A stretch of 63,797 bases of DNA, the filler included, from Guillardia theta CCMP2712 (lineage: Eukaryota; Protista; Cryptophyta), in NCBI RefSeq assembly GCF_000315625.1. It is 6 parts of 6 records of this genome, joined end to end, with 100 filler letters (N's around TTAATTAATTAA, not from the genome) between each part and the next. Parts side by side here need not be neighbours in the genome. Positions count along the whole stretch, not along the records: positions 1 to 13,354 come from NW_005434422.1; positions 13,455 to 36,416 come from NW_005434363.1; 4 more parts are not named here. One strand, 5' to 3'. The number at the start of each line of letters is the position of its first letter. Position 1 is the stretch's first letter. Shown here piece by piece: positions 11,752-24,166 of the stretch. Position numbers and translations under genes: made by a program. The notes under the pieces were generated by a model. The model did no database searches, was not told the DNA's origin, and saw only the letters and a program-made list of their open reading frames with translations.

Positions 11752-13310
11752 CAGGCCCCCGGCCAAATCTCCGGACACTTAGCCTCCTGGCGGGCCTCCA
11801 GGGGGTCTGAGGCGGGGCTGAAGGCTGCAGTCGGTCTACTGACGGGCCCGGCCGGCAGGATCCGTCGAGAAACAGGGGGGTCAAGGGAGGTTTTCTTCCC
11901 CTGGGAGAAATGTCCTATGGGTTTTTGGATCTGCGATATAAAAAAGTCTTGTCTCGGTCACGTGATGTGTCACGTGACCGGTCAGGTGAGCCTGTCAGCC
12001 GGGTCACGGCCCCTGTCAGCCGGCTGACATGTCACGGGCCTGCTGACACGGTCCGCTGACCGGTCACGGCCGCCCGGAGAGATCAGGCCCCCGGCCAATC
12101 TCCGGACACTTAGCCTCCTGGCGGGCCTCCAGGGGGTCTGAGGCGGGGCTGAAGGCTGCAGTCGGTCTACTGACGGGCCCGGCCGGCAGGATCCGTCGAG
12201 AAACAGGGGGGTCAAGGGAGGTTTTCTTCCCCCTGGGAGAAATGTCCTATGGGTTTTTGGATCTGCGATATAAAAAAGTCTTGTCTCGGTCACGTGATGT
12301 GTCACGTGACCGGTCAGGTGAGCCTGTCAGCCGGGTCACGGCCCCTGTCAGCCGGCTGACATGTCACGGGCCTGCTGACACGGTCCGCTGACCGGTCACG
12401 GCCGCCCGGAGAGATCAGGCCCCCGGCCAATCTCCGGACACTTAGCCTCCTGGCGGGCCTCCAGGGGGTCTGAGGCGGGGCTGAAGGCTGCAGTCGCTCT
12501 ACTGACGGGCCCGGCCGGCAGGATCCGTCGAGAAACAGGGGGGTCAAGGGAGGTTTTCTTCCCCCTGGGAGAAATGTCCTATGGGTTTTTGGATCTGCGA
12601 TATAAAAAAGTCTTGTCTCGGTCACGTGATGTGTCACGTGACCGGTCAGGTGAGCCTGTCAGCCGGGTCACGGCCCCTGTCAGCCGGCTGACATGTCACG
12701 GGCCTGCTGACACGGTCCGCTGACCGGTCACGGCCGCCCGGAGAGATCAGGCCCCCGGCCAATCTCCGGACACTTAGCCTCCTGGCGGGCCTCCAGGGGG
12801 TCTGAGGCGGGGCTGAAGGCTGCAGTCGCTCTACTGACGGGCCCGGCCGGCAGGATCCGTCGAGAAACAGGGGGGTCAAGGGAGGTTTTCTTCCCCCTGG
12901 GAGAAATGTCCTATGGGTTTTTGGATCTGCGATATAAAAAAGTCTTGTCTCGGTCACGTGATGTGTCACGTGACCGGTCAGGTGAGCCTGTCAGCCGGGT
13001 CACGGCCCCTGTCAGCCGGCTGACATGTCACGGGCCTGCTGACACGGTCCGCTGACCGGTCACGGCCGCCCGGAGAGATCAGGCCCCCGGCCAATCTCCG
13101 GACACTTAGCCTCCTGGCGGGCCTCCAGGGGGTCTGAGTCTGAGGCGGGGCTGAAGGCTGCAGTCGGTCTACTGACCGGCCCGGCCGGCAGGATCCGTCG
13201 AGAAACAGGGGGGTCAAGGGAGGTTTTCTTCCCCCTGGGAGAAATGTCCTATGGGTTTTTGGATCTGCGATATAAAAAAGTCTTGTCTCGGTCACGTGAT
13301 GTGTCACGTG
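11752..13310. repeat. 332-bp satellite, array 4 (~4.7 units)
   Basis: ORF copies at 11982, 12314, 12646 and 12978 are spaced 332 bp apart. Confidence 0.98.
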
Positions 13311-13354
13311 GAATCTGAAATAGGGTTCGAATTCAGCTTTATAATTCTCATTTT

Positions 13355-13454
13355 NNNNNNNNNNNNNNNNNNNNNNNNNNNNNNNNNNNNNNNNNNNNTT
13401 AATTAATTAANNNNNNNNNNNNNNNNNNNNNNNNNNNNNNNNNNNNNNNNNNNN
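13355..13454. other. Artificial scaffold linker (N-TTAATTAATTAA-N); also at 36417-36516, 48264-48363, 58278-58377 and 62259-62358
   Basis: Identical 100-bp spacer with stop codons in all six frames. Confidence 0.97.
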
Positions 13455-13711
13455 AGGAGGAGGAGAGAGGAAGAAGGGGAGAGAAGGGGATCGCGCGCAA
13501 TACGATTAGGGTCAGGAGCGCGTCTGACTTTTTGGATGTCATGAAATGATCGCAAATCATTTGATCAGCAGCAAATAGCAACCATGTTTGTTGATCGTTA
13601 CTTTCTTGATGTCACTGTTGTGTCGCATCGCAATCGCTGTATCATGTACCATCACCGATGATGTCTTCTCTTGTCTTGTTCCGGTTCACATTGCGCTGAC
13701 GACATGTCAAA

Positions 13712-13894
13712 GGGTCAAGCCAATCGATGGATCCGCAACATGGAGAAAGAAAACTCCCTCGAGGTGAGGAACGAGTAGATGCTCCTCCTCCTCCTGCTCC
13801 TCCTCCTGCTCCTCCTCCTGCTCCTCCTCCTCCCTCCTTCACCAGGAGCTGCTCCTGCTCCTGCTCCTCCTCCTCTACCACCACCAGGAGCAGG

Positions 13895-13930
<36 letters not shown>

Positions 13931-16050
13931 ACCTCCTGCTCCTCCTACTCTCTCTCCTCCTTCCCCCCAACCCCCCTCCTTTTTAATCTCTCCTCTCCTC
14001 TCCTCTCCTCCTCATCTCCTTCCTCTCACTCCACTCCCAGGTCGTCAAGCTCAGTCAGTCCGACTTCGTCCGCCGCATCGAGGGCTGCGTGCAGTACGGC
14101 CGTCCTGTCCTCCTCGAGAACGTCGGGGAGACTATCGACTCTATCCTTGAGCCCGTCCTCACCCGCCAGACCTACAAGTCAGGCAACACACTAATGATGA
14201 AGATAGGGGACAGCGCAGTCGAGTACTCCCCTCAGTTCAAGTTCTACGTCACTACCAAACTCCCCAGCCCTCACTACACTCCCGAGATCTCCACCAAAGT
14301 CGTCCTCATCAACTTCACTATCACCCCGCAAGGGCTCGAGGACCAGCTCCTGGGGATCACGGTCGAGACTGAGAGGGCGGACCTTGAGGAGGAGAGGCAG
14401 AAGCTGGTGGTGCAGAACGCCGGGTTCAAGAAGCAGATAGCGGAGATCGAGGACAAGATCTTGAAGATGCTGTCGGAGGCAGGAGGTGACATCCTGGAAG
14501 ACGAGGAGCTCATCAATACGCTCTCTGCCTCCAAGGTCACCTCAAGCGAGATCATGACGGCGCTGGAGGCGGCGGAGAGGACGGAGAACACGATAAACGA
14601 GGCAAGGATGCTCTACAAGCCGTACGCCGAGAGGGGCTCCTTGCTCTTCTTCTGTGTGGCAGACCTCAGGAGCATCGAGCCCATGTACCAGTACTCCCTT
14701 GGCTGGTTCGTGAACCTGTTCGTAGCAGCCATGCACGACTCCTCGTCCTCTGACGACATAGCGGCGCGCGTTCAGGTTCTCATCGACTTCTTCACCTACT
14801 CCCTGTACAGGAACGTCTGCCGCTCGCTCTTCGAAAAGGACAAGCTCCTCTACTCCTTCCTCGTCTGCTCCAAGCTCATGATCTGGCAGCAGCTCATCTC
14901 CACCGCCGAGCTTAAGTTCCTCCTCAGCGGCGTCGCTGGGCCCGCAGGCGCCAACCCTCCTCCCAAACCCGCCGAGTGGTTCCCCGACCGAGCATGGACT
15001 GAGATCCTGCAGGCGACGCTGCTGGAGCAGTTCAAGGAGCTGGGCAAGGAGTTCGTGCTGCATGTGGACGACTGGAAGCAGATCTACGACAGCGCGGACC
15101 CTGCAAGGATGAAGTTCCCCGGCGTCATGCACAAGAAGTACAGCAGCTTCCAGAAGCTCACCATCCTCCGATGCCTCCGCCCGGACAAGATCGTGCAGGA
15201 GGTGCAGAACTTGGTGGTGGAGGAGATGGGGCAGAAGTTTGTCGAGCCTCCTCCTTTCGACCTTCAGAACTGCTTCGACGACTCCTCTCCTACCTCCCCG
15301 CTCATCTTCGTCCTCTCCCCTGGCGCCGACCCCAACGCCTCCCTCATCCAGTTTGCCGACTCCGTCGGCATCAAGCTCGACATGCTCTCCCTCGGCCAGG
15401 GGCAGGGGCCCATCGCTGAGCGGATGATAGAGGACGCAGTCGACAGAGGCTCCTGGGTCGTCCTGCAGAACTGCCACCTCTCTCCCTCCTGGATGCCAGC
15501 ACTGGAGGCCAAGGTAGAGAAGCTCTCGCCCGAGCGCTGCCATGCTCAGTTCCGTCTCTGGCTGACCTCCTACCCCTCCGACAAGTTCCCAGTCGCCATC
15601 CTGCAGAACGGAGTGAAGATGACGCTGCAGCCGCCCAAGGGACTCCGAGCCAACATGCTCAACACGTACTTCGTCATCGAGGACTCGTTCTTCGAGGGCT
15701 GCTCCAAAGTCGCCCAGCTTCGCAAGCTCCACTTCTCCCTCGCATTCTTCCACGCCTCCCTGCAGGAGAGGAGGAAGTTCGGACCCCTAGGCTTCAACAT
15801 CCCCTACGAGTTCACCGAGTCGGACCTCCGCATCTGTCAGACGCAGGTCAAGATGTTCCTCGAGGAGTTCGAGCAGATTCCCTGGGCTGCGCTGCGCTAC
15901 ACGGCAGGAGAGACCAACTACGGGGGGAGGGTCACAGACGCCCATGACCGCACGACTGTCAACACCATGCTCGAGCTCCTCTACACCCCCAGAGTGGTTA
16001 GTACTCTCCTCCTCCTCCTCCTCCTCCTTCTCCTCCTCCTCTCCCTTTCT

Positions 16051-16092
<42 letters not shown>

Positions 16093-17757
16093 CCTCCTGC
16101 TCCTGCTCCTGCTCCTCCTTGTCCTTGTCCTTGTCCTTGTCCTTGTCCTTGTCCTTGTCCTTGTCCTCGTCTTCCTTGTCTCCTGCCTCCTTCTATCTTT
16201 TGCTTCCTCTTCTTCACCGGACTACTCGCTTCTTGCCTCTCCTGTCTCTATTGGCCTTCTCTCTTCCCCTCTCCTTCACTTCTCAGTTGTATCCAGCTGC
16301 AACTACTCTTTCCTTCCTCCCTCCTCCTTCTCTTCCCCTGCTTTTGCCTTCTCCTCGTCTACGCCCTTTTCCAGAAGCGTTCTTTTCTGACATGATCTCT
16401 TTCTCTCTTTTACCATCTCCTTTTCCTCCTGCTCCTCCTCCTGCTCCTGCTCCTCCTGCTCCTGCTCCCACTCATACTCCTCCTGCTCCTGCTCCTCCTG
16501 CTCCTGCTCCTGCTCCTGCTCTTGCTCCTCCCGCTCCTGCTGCTCCTCCTCCTTCCTGCAGCTCGACGAAGACTACAAGTTCTCTGAGTCAGGCATCTAC
16601 TTCGCTCCTCCCGATGGGACTGTAGAGGATCACAAACAGTTTCTCCGCAATCTCCCGCTCGTAGAGGCCCCCGAGTGCTTCGGCCTTCATGAGAACGCAA
16701 ATATCACCTTTGCTACAGCCGAGACCTACTCTCTCTTCGACTCTCTCCTCCTCCTCATGCCCAAGGGAGGAGGAGGAGGAGGAGGCAAGTCGGCCGACAG
16801 CACCCTGGAGACCATGGCGCTGGAGATGCTGGAAAGGCTTCCTGAGCGCAGCGACTTTTACAAGTTCGGCCTGCCATGGAACGTGGAGGACGTGCAGGAG
16901 AAGTATCCAACTCTCTACACGGACAGCATGAACACAGTCCTTACCCAGGAGCTCCTCCGCTTCAACGTCGTCATCGACAACGTCCGCTCAAGCCTGCAGC
17001 AGCTCCTCAACGCCGTCAAGGGCATCGTGTTGATGTCTTCCGACCTCGAGCGGATGTCTGTATCCTTCCTTAACGGCTCCATCCCCTCCCTCTGGAGCAG
17101 CAAGTGCTACCCCTCCCTCAAGCCCCTCGGCCCCTTCTACGACGACTTCCTCCGCCGCCTCCACTTCTTCCAGACCTGGATCAACAACGGAGCTCCCTGC
17201 GTGTTCTGGCTCTCGGGCTTCTACTTCACTCAGTCCTTCCTCACCGGGACTCTCCAGAACTTCGCGAGGAAGCACAAGAAGGCGATAGACACTCTCAGCT
17301 GGTCCTTCCAGGTCATGCGCGAGGCCGAGGAGGAGCTCGATCGTCCTGAGGATGGCTGCTATATCCATGGCCTCTTCCTTGACGGCGCTGGGTGGGACCC
17401 CCAGCAGAATCACCTGGCCGAGCAGCAGCCGAAAATTCTTTTCATCCCCATGCCTATCGTCCTCTTCAAGCCCTGCGAGACAAAGGTAGAATTTGCTTGC
17501 TTCTCCTATTGCTCCCTCGCCTTCTCCTGCTCCTCCTCCTGCTCCTCCTCCTCCATCTGCTGCTCCTGCACTCCCACGGCTGCCGCTGCCGCTGCTACTT
17601 CTCCTCCCCCCCCTCTTCCTGCTTCAAAAAAAAAATTGCTCTCTACACATACTCATTCCTTGCAGGACATCGAGAAGTCCTCGAACGAGTACACATGTCC
17701 AATCTACAAGACCAGCGCAAGGTATCAGTTTCTTCCTGCTCTCTCCCTTGCCCCCAG

Positions 17758-17811
<54 letters not shown>

Positions 17812-18209
17812 ACCCCCCCCCCCCCTCCCGAAAATCTTCACCTCCGCTCACGCCCACGGGAGGAGGGGAACCCTCTCAACCACCGGGCACTCCACAAACT
17901 TCGTCATGGACATTGTTCTTCCTTCCCCTAGAGGTCAGAGCTCCTGCTCCTGCTCCTCTCCATCCCACCTTGATCCTCCTCCCCACTCCTCGCCTTCCTC
18001 CTCCCCCCTCCCCCCCAACGTTCTCCTTCTCCTCTCCCACCATTCTCCTTGCTATGTACCTCACTCTTTTCTGCTCCTTTCCTCTTCTCCTTCACTCCTC
18101 CTGCTACTCTGCTCTGCTCGCTCCTTCCTGCCTCTCCTCTGATATCCCACCAGACGCCTCCCACTGGATCCTTCGTGGAGTTGCCTGCTTGTGCCAGCTA
18201 GACTTCTAA
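13712..18209 (+). CDS. Axonemal dynein heavy chain, C-terminal part (AAA5, AAA6, C-domain); 5' part missing
   Basis: GQANRWIRNME, GRPVLLENVGE, PHYTPEISTKV, LSLGQGQG, WVVLQNCHL, NYGGRVTD, RRGTLSTTGHSTNFV, HWILRGVACLCQLDF*; approximate exons 13712-13763, 14041-15996, 16562-17484, 17665-17721, 17863-17933, 18154-18209. Confidence 0.95.
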
Positions 18210-18292
18210 CTCCTCCTCCTCCTCCTCCTCCTCTCCCCTTCAATCATTCTTGTCATCTTATTCAAACAAAATTCTGTACACAAACTCCTTCC

Positions 18293-21200
18293 TCAGCTCG
18301 GCCTCAGCACGTTCTTGAACCCTCGGCACTCCAGCGTCTCGCCGATCCCTCGCACCTCCTCTGTCCTGCTCACTTTCCCCCCCTGCTCCCGCCGACCTTC
18401 TCCTTGTCTCGCCTGCTTCAACATCAGCCTCCTCCAACTCCCCTCTCCTCCTCGCTCCTTCCCGCTCTTCCCTCCTCCCCTGATCCCTTCCCTCCTCCAC
18501 CCTTCGTTGCAAGTGCATGCTCGTTTGTGATCGCTCTCCACCCTCCTGCCCCACCTCGCCTCCTCCCCTTCCTCCTGCATCTTCCTGATCCTCCCAGCTG
18601 CCCATCCCCTCCTCCTTCCTCACCCGGTTGTGGGGCGCGAAAGTAGCCCGGAAGGCCTTGCTGGAGGCGGAGGGAGGCAGGTCAGTGAACGACTTGAGGG
18701 AGGACGCGCGAGGTTTGCGCTGATTCTCGTCCACAGCTCGAGCAGCTGCACGAGTAGGGATCTGATGGGTGAAAATCAGAGAAGGGGAGGAGGAGGTTGT
18801 GAAGGCGAGCAGGGGAGTGAAGGGAGGGGGCGAGGGAGAGGAGGAGGGAGAGAGAAGAATTGGCAACAAAAGATGGAAGGGCAGAGAGGGAGGGAAGGAG
18901 GGAGGGAGGGAGGGAAGGGAAGGGAGGGAGGGAAGGGAGGGAGGAAGGAGGCTTGAAGATGGTGGGGTACAAACCCTGGAAGTGCTCGTGGCATGGCGAA
19001 TTCTCCCGACGAGGCTGCGAGAGAAGCAGGTGAACGGAAGGAGGGAGAAGAGCGTGAGGAGGGTAAACACGGATAGTCATGGCAGAAGGATGGCTCAACC
19101 AGCAGCAATGGGAAGAGGGTGAGAGGGAGGCAAGAAAGGAGGGAGGAGGAAGAGGAGGGGGAGGAGCGGGGAGAAAGGGAAGGGGAGGGGGAGGGGAAGG
19201 ACCTCCAGTTAGCAGGAGGATGGAGCATAGAGCCTGAGGACGTGCGGGAGATCGTTTGGATGTCCGGGAGCTCAGGCGGTCTCGGAAGGACGTTGATGTC
19301 TGGGATGCAATGAGACGTCGGAACATCAGAGGACGAGACATTGGAGGGAGGGAGGCAGGGAGATATTCACCTTTGTCGGCGAGCGCATCCTGCAGGACCA
19401 GCCTCTGCATGGCCTCAGACGCATCCGAACTCTCCGACTCCTGAGCCTCGCTGAAGCCTTCAGATGCCTGAAAGAGAACGAGGTAAGAGCAATAGGAAAC
19501 TGAACAAGTTCAGAATGGAGGAGGGGGAGGAAGAGGGTGGTGTAGGAAGGGGGAGGGAGAAGGGAAAGGGGACTGGAAGAAACGAGGGCTGGTGAGGAAA
19601 GAAGGGGAGGAAGGGGAGGATAGCAGAGGAGCGAGAGGAGAGGGAGCAGGGGAGGGGAGGGGAGGAGAGGGGAGGAGAGGGAGGAGGGAGGTTCCTCGGC
19701 ACGACCTTGGAGGAGCTTTGATCTTCCGTCACATCCTCACTGGAACTGGGGCTTCGTGGCTCTTCTGCCTCCTCCACGGCCACCTCCTCCCCCGCCGCGT
19801 TCTCTCCTGTCGCCTCCTCCACAGCCTCCTTCTTGACCGAGCAGTTGACTCTGATGAACCTGGCAGGCTTCACGGGGCCGGGGAGCACAGGAGTGCTGTT
19901 CTTCTCGACATTGTTCCTCGTGCTGACCTCCTGCAACGTCCTCCCCCCCTTTCCAAGCTGATCTGCCTCTTGACCGTCTTCTCTGTCGCGTTCGAGGCCT
20001 TGCTCGCCTGCGCCGCCTTCTTGTCCGCCAGGATCTGCTGTCGGTAGGGATCGATGGACAGCAGCTTGCTCTTGACCCACTCCCGCGTCTCTGCCATGCT
20101 CTTGCTGTGCGAGTTGGGGACGCGGGACCAAGGGTTCAGCTCTTCCATGTCCAGGGCCGCCACCATGAGCGCCTTGCCCACGTCCCTGAAGATGCTCGTG
20201 TTGAACTTTGGCAGCGGGCCCCTCCACGTCTCTCCGGGGGAGGCCCGCGGGTCCTGGGTGGCAGCAGGAGGCTTGTTGTTGACGACTCGCCCCCGTTGTA
20301 GTTGCACTCCACTGTCATGGAGTGAACCAGGCCCGTCGCTCGGTAGATCCCGACCCTGCTTGACCCTTCCTTGGACTGCCCGTTCCTGTCCTTGGACTCC
20401 ATAGCCTTCTCGCTGAACACGCAGGAGCCGAAGTCGAAGTGGGCGCTGTTGATCGCGATCATCCTGGCGTACATCATGTTGTCTATCATCTCCTGGTACG
20501 TGGGCAGCGCGTTGGCGTAGCAGAAGCATCCTCGCTTCGTGGCATGAGCATGGAGGTCAACGAAGAACTTCAAGTTCGTCCTCCCCTTCAGCCACACCAC
20601 CAGCTCCTTGATCGCCCACACCGTCGGGTGCCTTGTCCTGTCCGGGGCGTCATAGAAACGGTTCAGGTTCAACCCTTGGGTGTCGGCCCTGTAGTGACCC
20701 CTGGCCACCCCATCTGGGTTGATGATGGGAACAACCTTGAAGACGAAGGCCCGTCGGAGAGCCTTGGCCCTCGGATCCTCCTTGTTCACTAGGAAGTCTA
20801 TGGCTCCGTCCCACATCCACTGGGCAGGAGATTCGCCAGGGTGGACCCTGGCTGAGAGCACGAAGTACTTCTTCTCCGGGAACACCAGCGGCCGCTGCTT
20901 TCCCTCCGGGAACAAGTTTTCGATCTCCTCCTCCCGCTCGGAAGAAGCTCCGAAGTAGTCGGTGATGGTCAGCACCTCCATCCTCCTCCCTTCCAGCGAG
21001 TACGTCAGAGTCTCTCTCTCAAGGTAGATGGCGGATTCCGACGTCTTCGCCCCCAGCTTTGAGGCGACGGCGTCCTGGATTGCATCGAGCTTCCTCTTCA
21101 CGTCCTCGAACGAGTAAGGATAGCTGAAGGCAAAGAAGACCGTCGAGTCGGAGGAGAAGCGGAACTTGAAACGAATCTGAAACTGCCTTCCTTCACCGCA

Positions 21201-21572
21201 AGAATATGTGACCTCGTCCTTGATCCTCTCCCACTTGTCCCATGCAGAGCTCCCCAGTCTGTACACCGGCTTCATCCCCTGGTTGAACATCTTTGTCTGC
21301 GGGTTCATGTTCATTACAGTGAAGGTCAGGGTCTGATCTTTCTTCGCCCCGGACACGCTGAAATAAAACCATGTCCTGTAGTTCGTCTCGAACGGCTGCC
21401 CAGCACAGTCCGGCGAGGTCCTCAGCTCGAAGCATGTCTGCTCATCGTCCACTGCTTCCACATGCCCGATGTTCCCAGAGCAGAACTCCGAGCTCAAAAC
21501 GATGTCGCCAAAGGTCCAAGTCCCCTGAGATGGGTACTCGCACTTGACCCCATCGCTGTCCGTCCTGACCAT
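18293..21572 (-). CDS. AGBL5: Cytosolic carboxypeptidase 5-like tubulin deglutamylase (M14); two apparent frameshifts and several 3' introns
   Basis: F-x-SGN and WFYFSV N-domain, ARVHPGE, NPDGVARGHYR, NLNR, DLHAHATKRGCF, SKEGSSRV, ECNYN, then VGKALMVAALDMEELNPW in the next frame; tail exons read by eye to ...NVLRPS* at 18293. Confidence 0.85.
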
Positions 21573-22234
21573 CTCACCTGTTTCCAGCCTCGAGGCAGTG
21601 ATGGAGGTGCTCGAGATTCTTGTTCAACAACACCAGACTTCAAGGAAGCGCTGAGATCTCTGCCCTTCAGGTGGATTTGTACTTGAACTTCAACCTGTTA
21701 ATCTTCATTGTCATCCCCTTTACTCTTCGCTGACGAGCCCAGCCATCCTTGCAGCGTTGAGCTGTAATTTTCAAGCAACCGACCGAGTTTCTTGGAAGAG
21801 AAAAGTTCTGAGCCTGTTCCCCCTCAAGTTTTTGACTTGTCTTTACAAGTCTTGTACCAATTCAACGCCAGATACGCCAACCAAGTCACTAACGCAGCTC
21901 TCGGTTTACAGTCTCATCCTTGAGACGTGTGTCCTCCTGCTCCCGCTCCCGCTCCTGTTCCGTCCTCTCCTTCCCTCCTTCTTGTGTCTGTACCTTCTCT
22001 TCAGTCCTCCCTGCTACTTGTTTCGTTCCTCCTCTTCTCTCCTCACTCCACTTCGTAAGTGCGTATCATCATCTCGTCGCCCAGTTTTAAAAACTTTTAA
22101 AAGTCTTAATTATAAGATTGAAATACACTGATGCATATTTGAAATATAGATATGTAATGTTGAAAGTTGACCCATATGTTTCTATTTTGCAACACAGAAA
22201 TCGAAATATAAAAAAATTAAACTGAAAACTACTC

Positions 22235-22700
22235 CGGCCCGGGTACTGCGGCCAGCGCCGGGGTCACCGGGTGACCGGGTCCGTCCGCCGCGGCCGGGCC
22301 GCCAGTGGCCAGGCCGCAGTGGCACGGCACTGTGACTGGTAGGCTGGCCCGGCGACTCTCCGGATAGGCTTCCGAAGTTCCTTGAACTGGCCGCGGCGGC
22401 AACGGCTGGCAGTGCGCCGGGCCGCGAGTGTGACGGTCGCGGCCCCGTGCGCCGTAGGCCCGACGGTGAGAGTCACGGTGGCAACCGCCGGCTACCGTCG
22501 TACTGCTCGGAGTACGGGTGAATCACGGCTGTCAGTGAAGACTTAGTCACGGCGCCACGGCCATAGCGGTGGCGTCACTGTTGGGCACGCCGGGGGGCAG
22601 CAGCGGCGGACTCCGGGGACCAACGGTGCGATAGACTCTGATTTATTCTGAGTCACTGACTCTCTGACATTATAAGGGCCGCTCGAACATCTTTGAGTCT
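22235..22700. other. GC-rich CCGG/GAGTC intergenic island
   Basis: Abrupt AT-to-GC switch at ~22235; many CCGG, GGCAGTG-like and GAGTC/GACTC motifs. Confidence 0.55.
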
Positions 22701-22735
22701 CAAAAATAAACTTCTGGACAATGTCAATATAATCG

Positions 22736-24166
22736 TCATCTGCCATCAGCAACCTCATTCTGAGAACTTAGAAGTGGCTGCCGCATCGAATATCCGAGAG
22801 CAGTAGTTATAAGGCAGACAAACAACTTGACAGGGCCGGGCCGCTCAACACTGAAAGCATCTGCCTCACGCGTTCTGTGGCGGCAGAAGGTTGAGCTGGA
22901 GATGTTCGAAATCCGCATCATCCGTTGGCGGCATCAAAGCAGCAGCCTGCAACACAGAAGGGATCGTCGAACCTTAAGAGAGGAAGAAATGCGAGATGAT
23001 AGGCAAAACTCACCTTGCTCGTCACAGTCTCGATCTTGCTCACGAGAGCATTCGCCTTGTTCGCAAACGCCGTACTGTCAGTGCTGCTGCTGTGCAACGC
23101 CTGCAACTGGATTGAGCCAACGCACCCTTCAACTATGTTCTCGTGCAAGCGACCTTGTTGGTGTCGTCGATGAGCTCCTGGAGCTCCGGCCCAACGACTC
23201 CATATCGTGCGATCTGCACACTCTCAGCCACATCCCGTTGAGAGGAGAGCACTCATACTTCTTTCTCCAAGACCGCGATCCTCTGCTGCATGTTCTCTGT
23301 CACAGCCTTGATCGCAATCTTCTCCTTCTGATCAAGGATGTCTCTGATCTTCTCCATGTGCGATCGGATCTCAGTGATCTTAGCCTGCCATGCGGTCAAC
23401 ACCTGCCACACGACCAGCCGCTCACAGCTACCTCGCCAGCTGCTTTGATAGAAACCAGTCCCTTGCTTCCCTGCTCCTGAAACGCGTTCACAACCGTCTT
23501 GCTCCTGTTCAGCGCCACGAGGCCGCTGTTGAGCTCTGACTTCAAAGTGTCGATGAACTGTGAATGGGCCTTGGCCAGCTTCTCCTGCGCCACCTGCCTC
23601 TCCTGCTCCAGTCGGGACACAACATCTCTTGCGATCTCAAGGCTGTCCTTGGAGGCAACATACACACCATCGGACGTTGTGAATTTCCTCTCGGTCTGTT
23701 TGGCTCCGGGGATGTTGTCGACAAAGATGACATTGTTCATGTTGCCCTGCGAGTCAGTCGTCGTCTCCATCCCTGGATGGCAGCGCCATTCCGTCCCATC
23801 GACCACAAACTTCATCTCGTGCTGCCCCCTGGGGAGCTCAATGATGATCTCAAAGTCGCCGTCCTTGTTCTTGGTCATGGCGTTCCTCGTCTTGAATCTC
23901 GACCATGACCCGACAACCTCCACGGACTTGTGGATCTCCCCGTTGATCTTCTTGTACACGATCTTGGTGAACGCCGTTCCTTGGAGGTCCCTTCCAGACG
24001 CCGACCTCGCTACTGGAACTCCGTTGGCGCTGGCCGCTTGCGGGCTTGCCCCCCCGCGGAGCTGTACGACTTTGATGCACTGAGCCGACCCGGGAATATT
24101 TCTCAAGGAAGAAGCAATGTCTGAAAATGCTAGATAGAACAGGACGAGAAGAAACTTTGAGGACAT
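22736..24166 (-). CDS. Signal-peptide protein with a CBM48 (AMPK-beta-type glycogen/starch-binding) domain and coiled coils; multi-exon
   Basis: Hydrophobic N-terminus, LRGG, then SVEVVGSWS..GDFEIIIELPRGQHEMKFVVDGTEWR..TTTDSQGNMNNVI; downstream exons with heptad character; 3' end approximate. Confidence 0.8.

Noticed and set aside
1-13310. CRISPR-like or rRNA/snRNA gene array interpretation
   Set aside because: Units are directly tandem, the interruptions are kb-long TIR elements, no cas genes are present, and I see no resemblance to 5S, tRNA or snRNA sequences. An unknown small RNA is not excluded without RNA data.
13399-13410. TTAATTAATTAA palindrome recurring five times
   Set aside because: Artificial concatenation linker within N runs.
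14542-15753. 403-aa antisense ORF, and similar antisense ORFs over CCP5, Nup155 and the giant ORF
   Set aside because: Shadow ORFs caused by high GC3 codon bias on the real strand.
15997-16561. Poly-Leu, poly-Pro-Ala and Cys-Pro tails in ORF translations
   Set aside because: Read-through into microsatellite-filled GT-AG introns.
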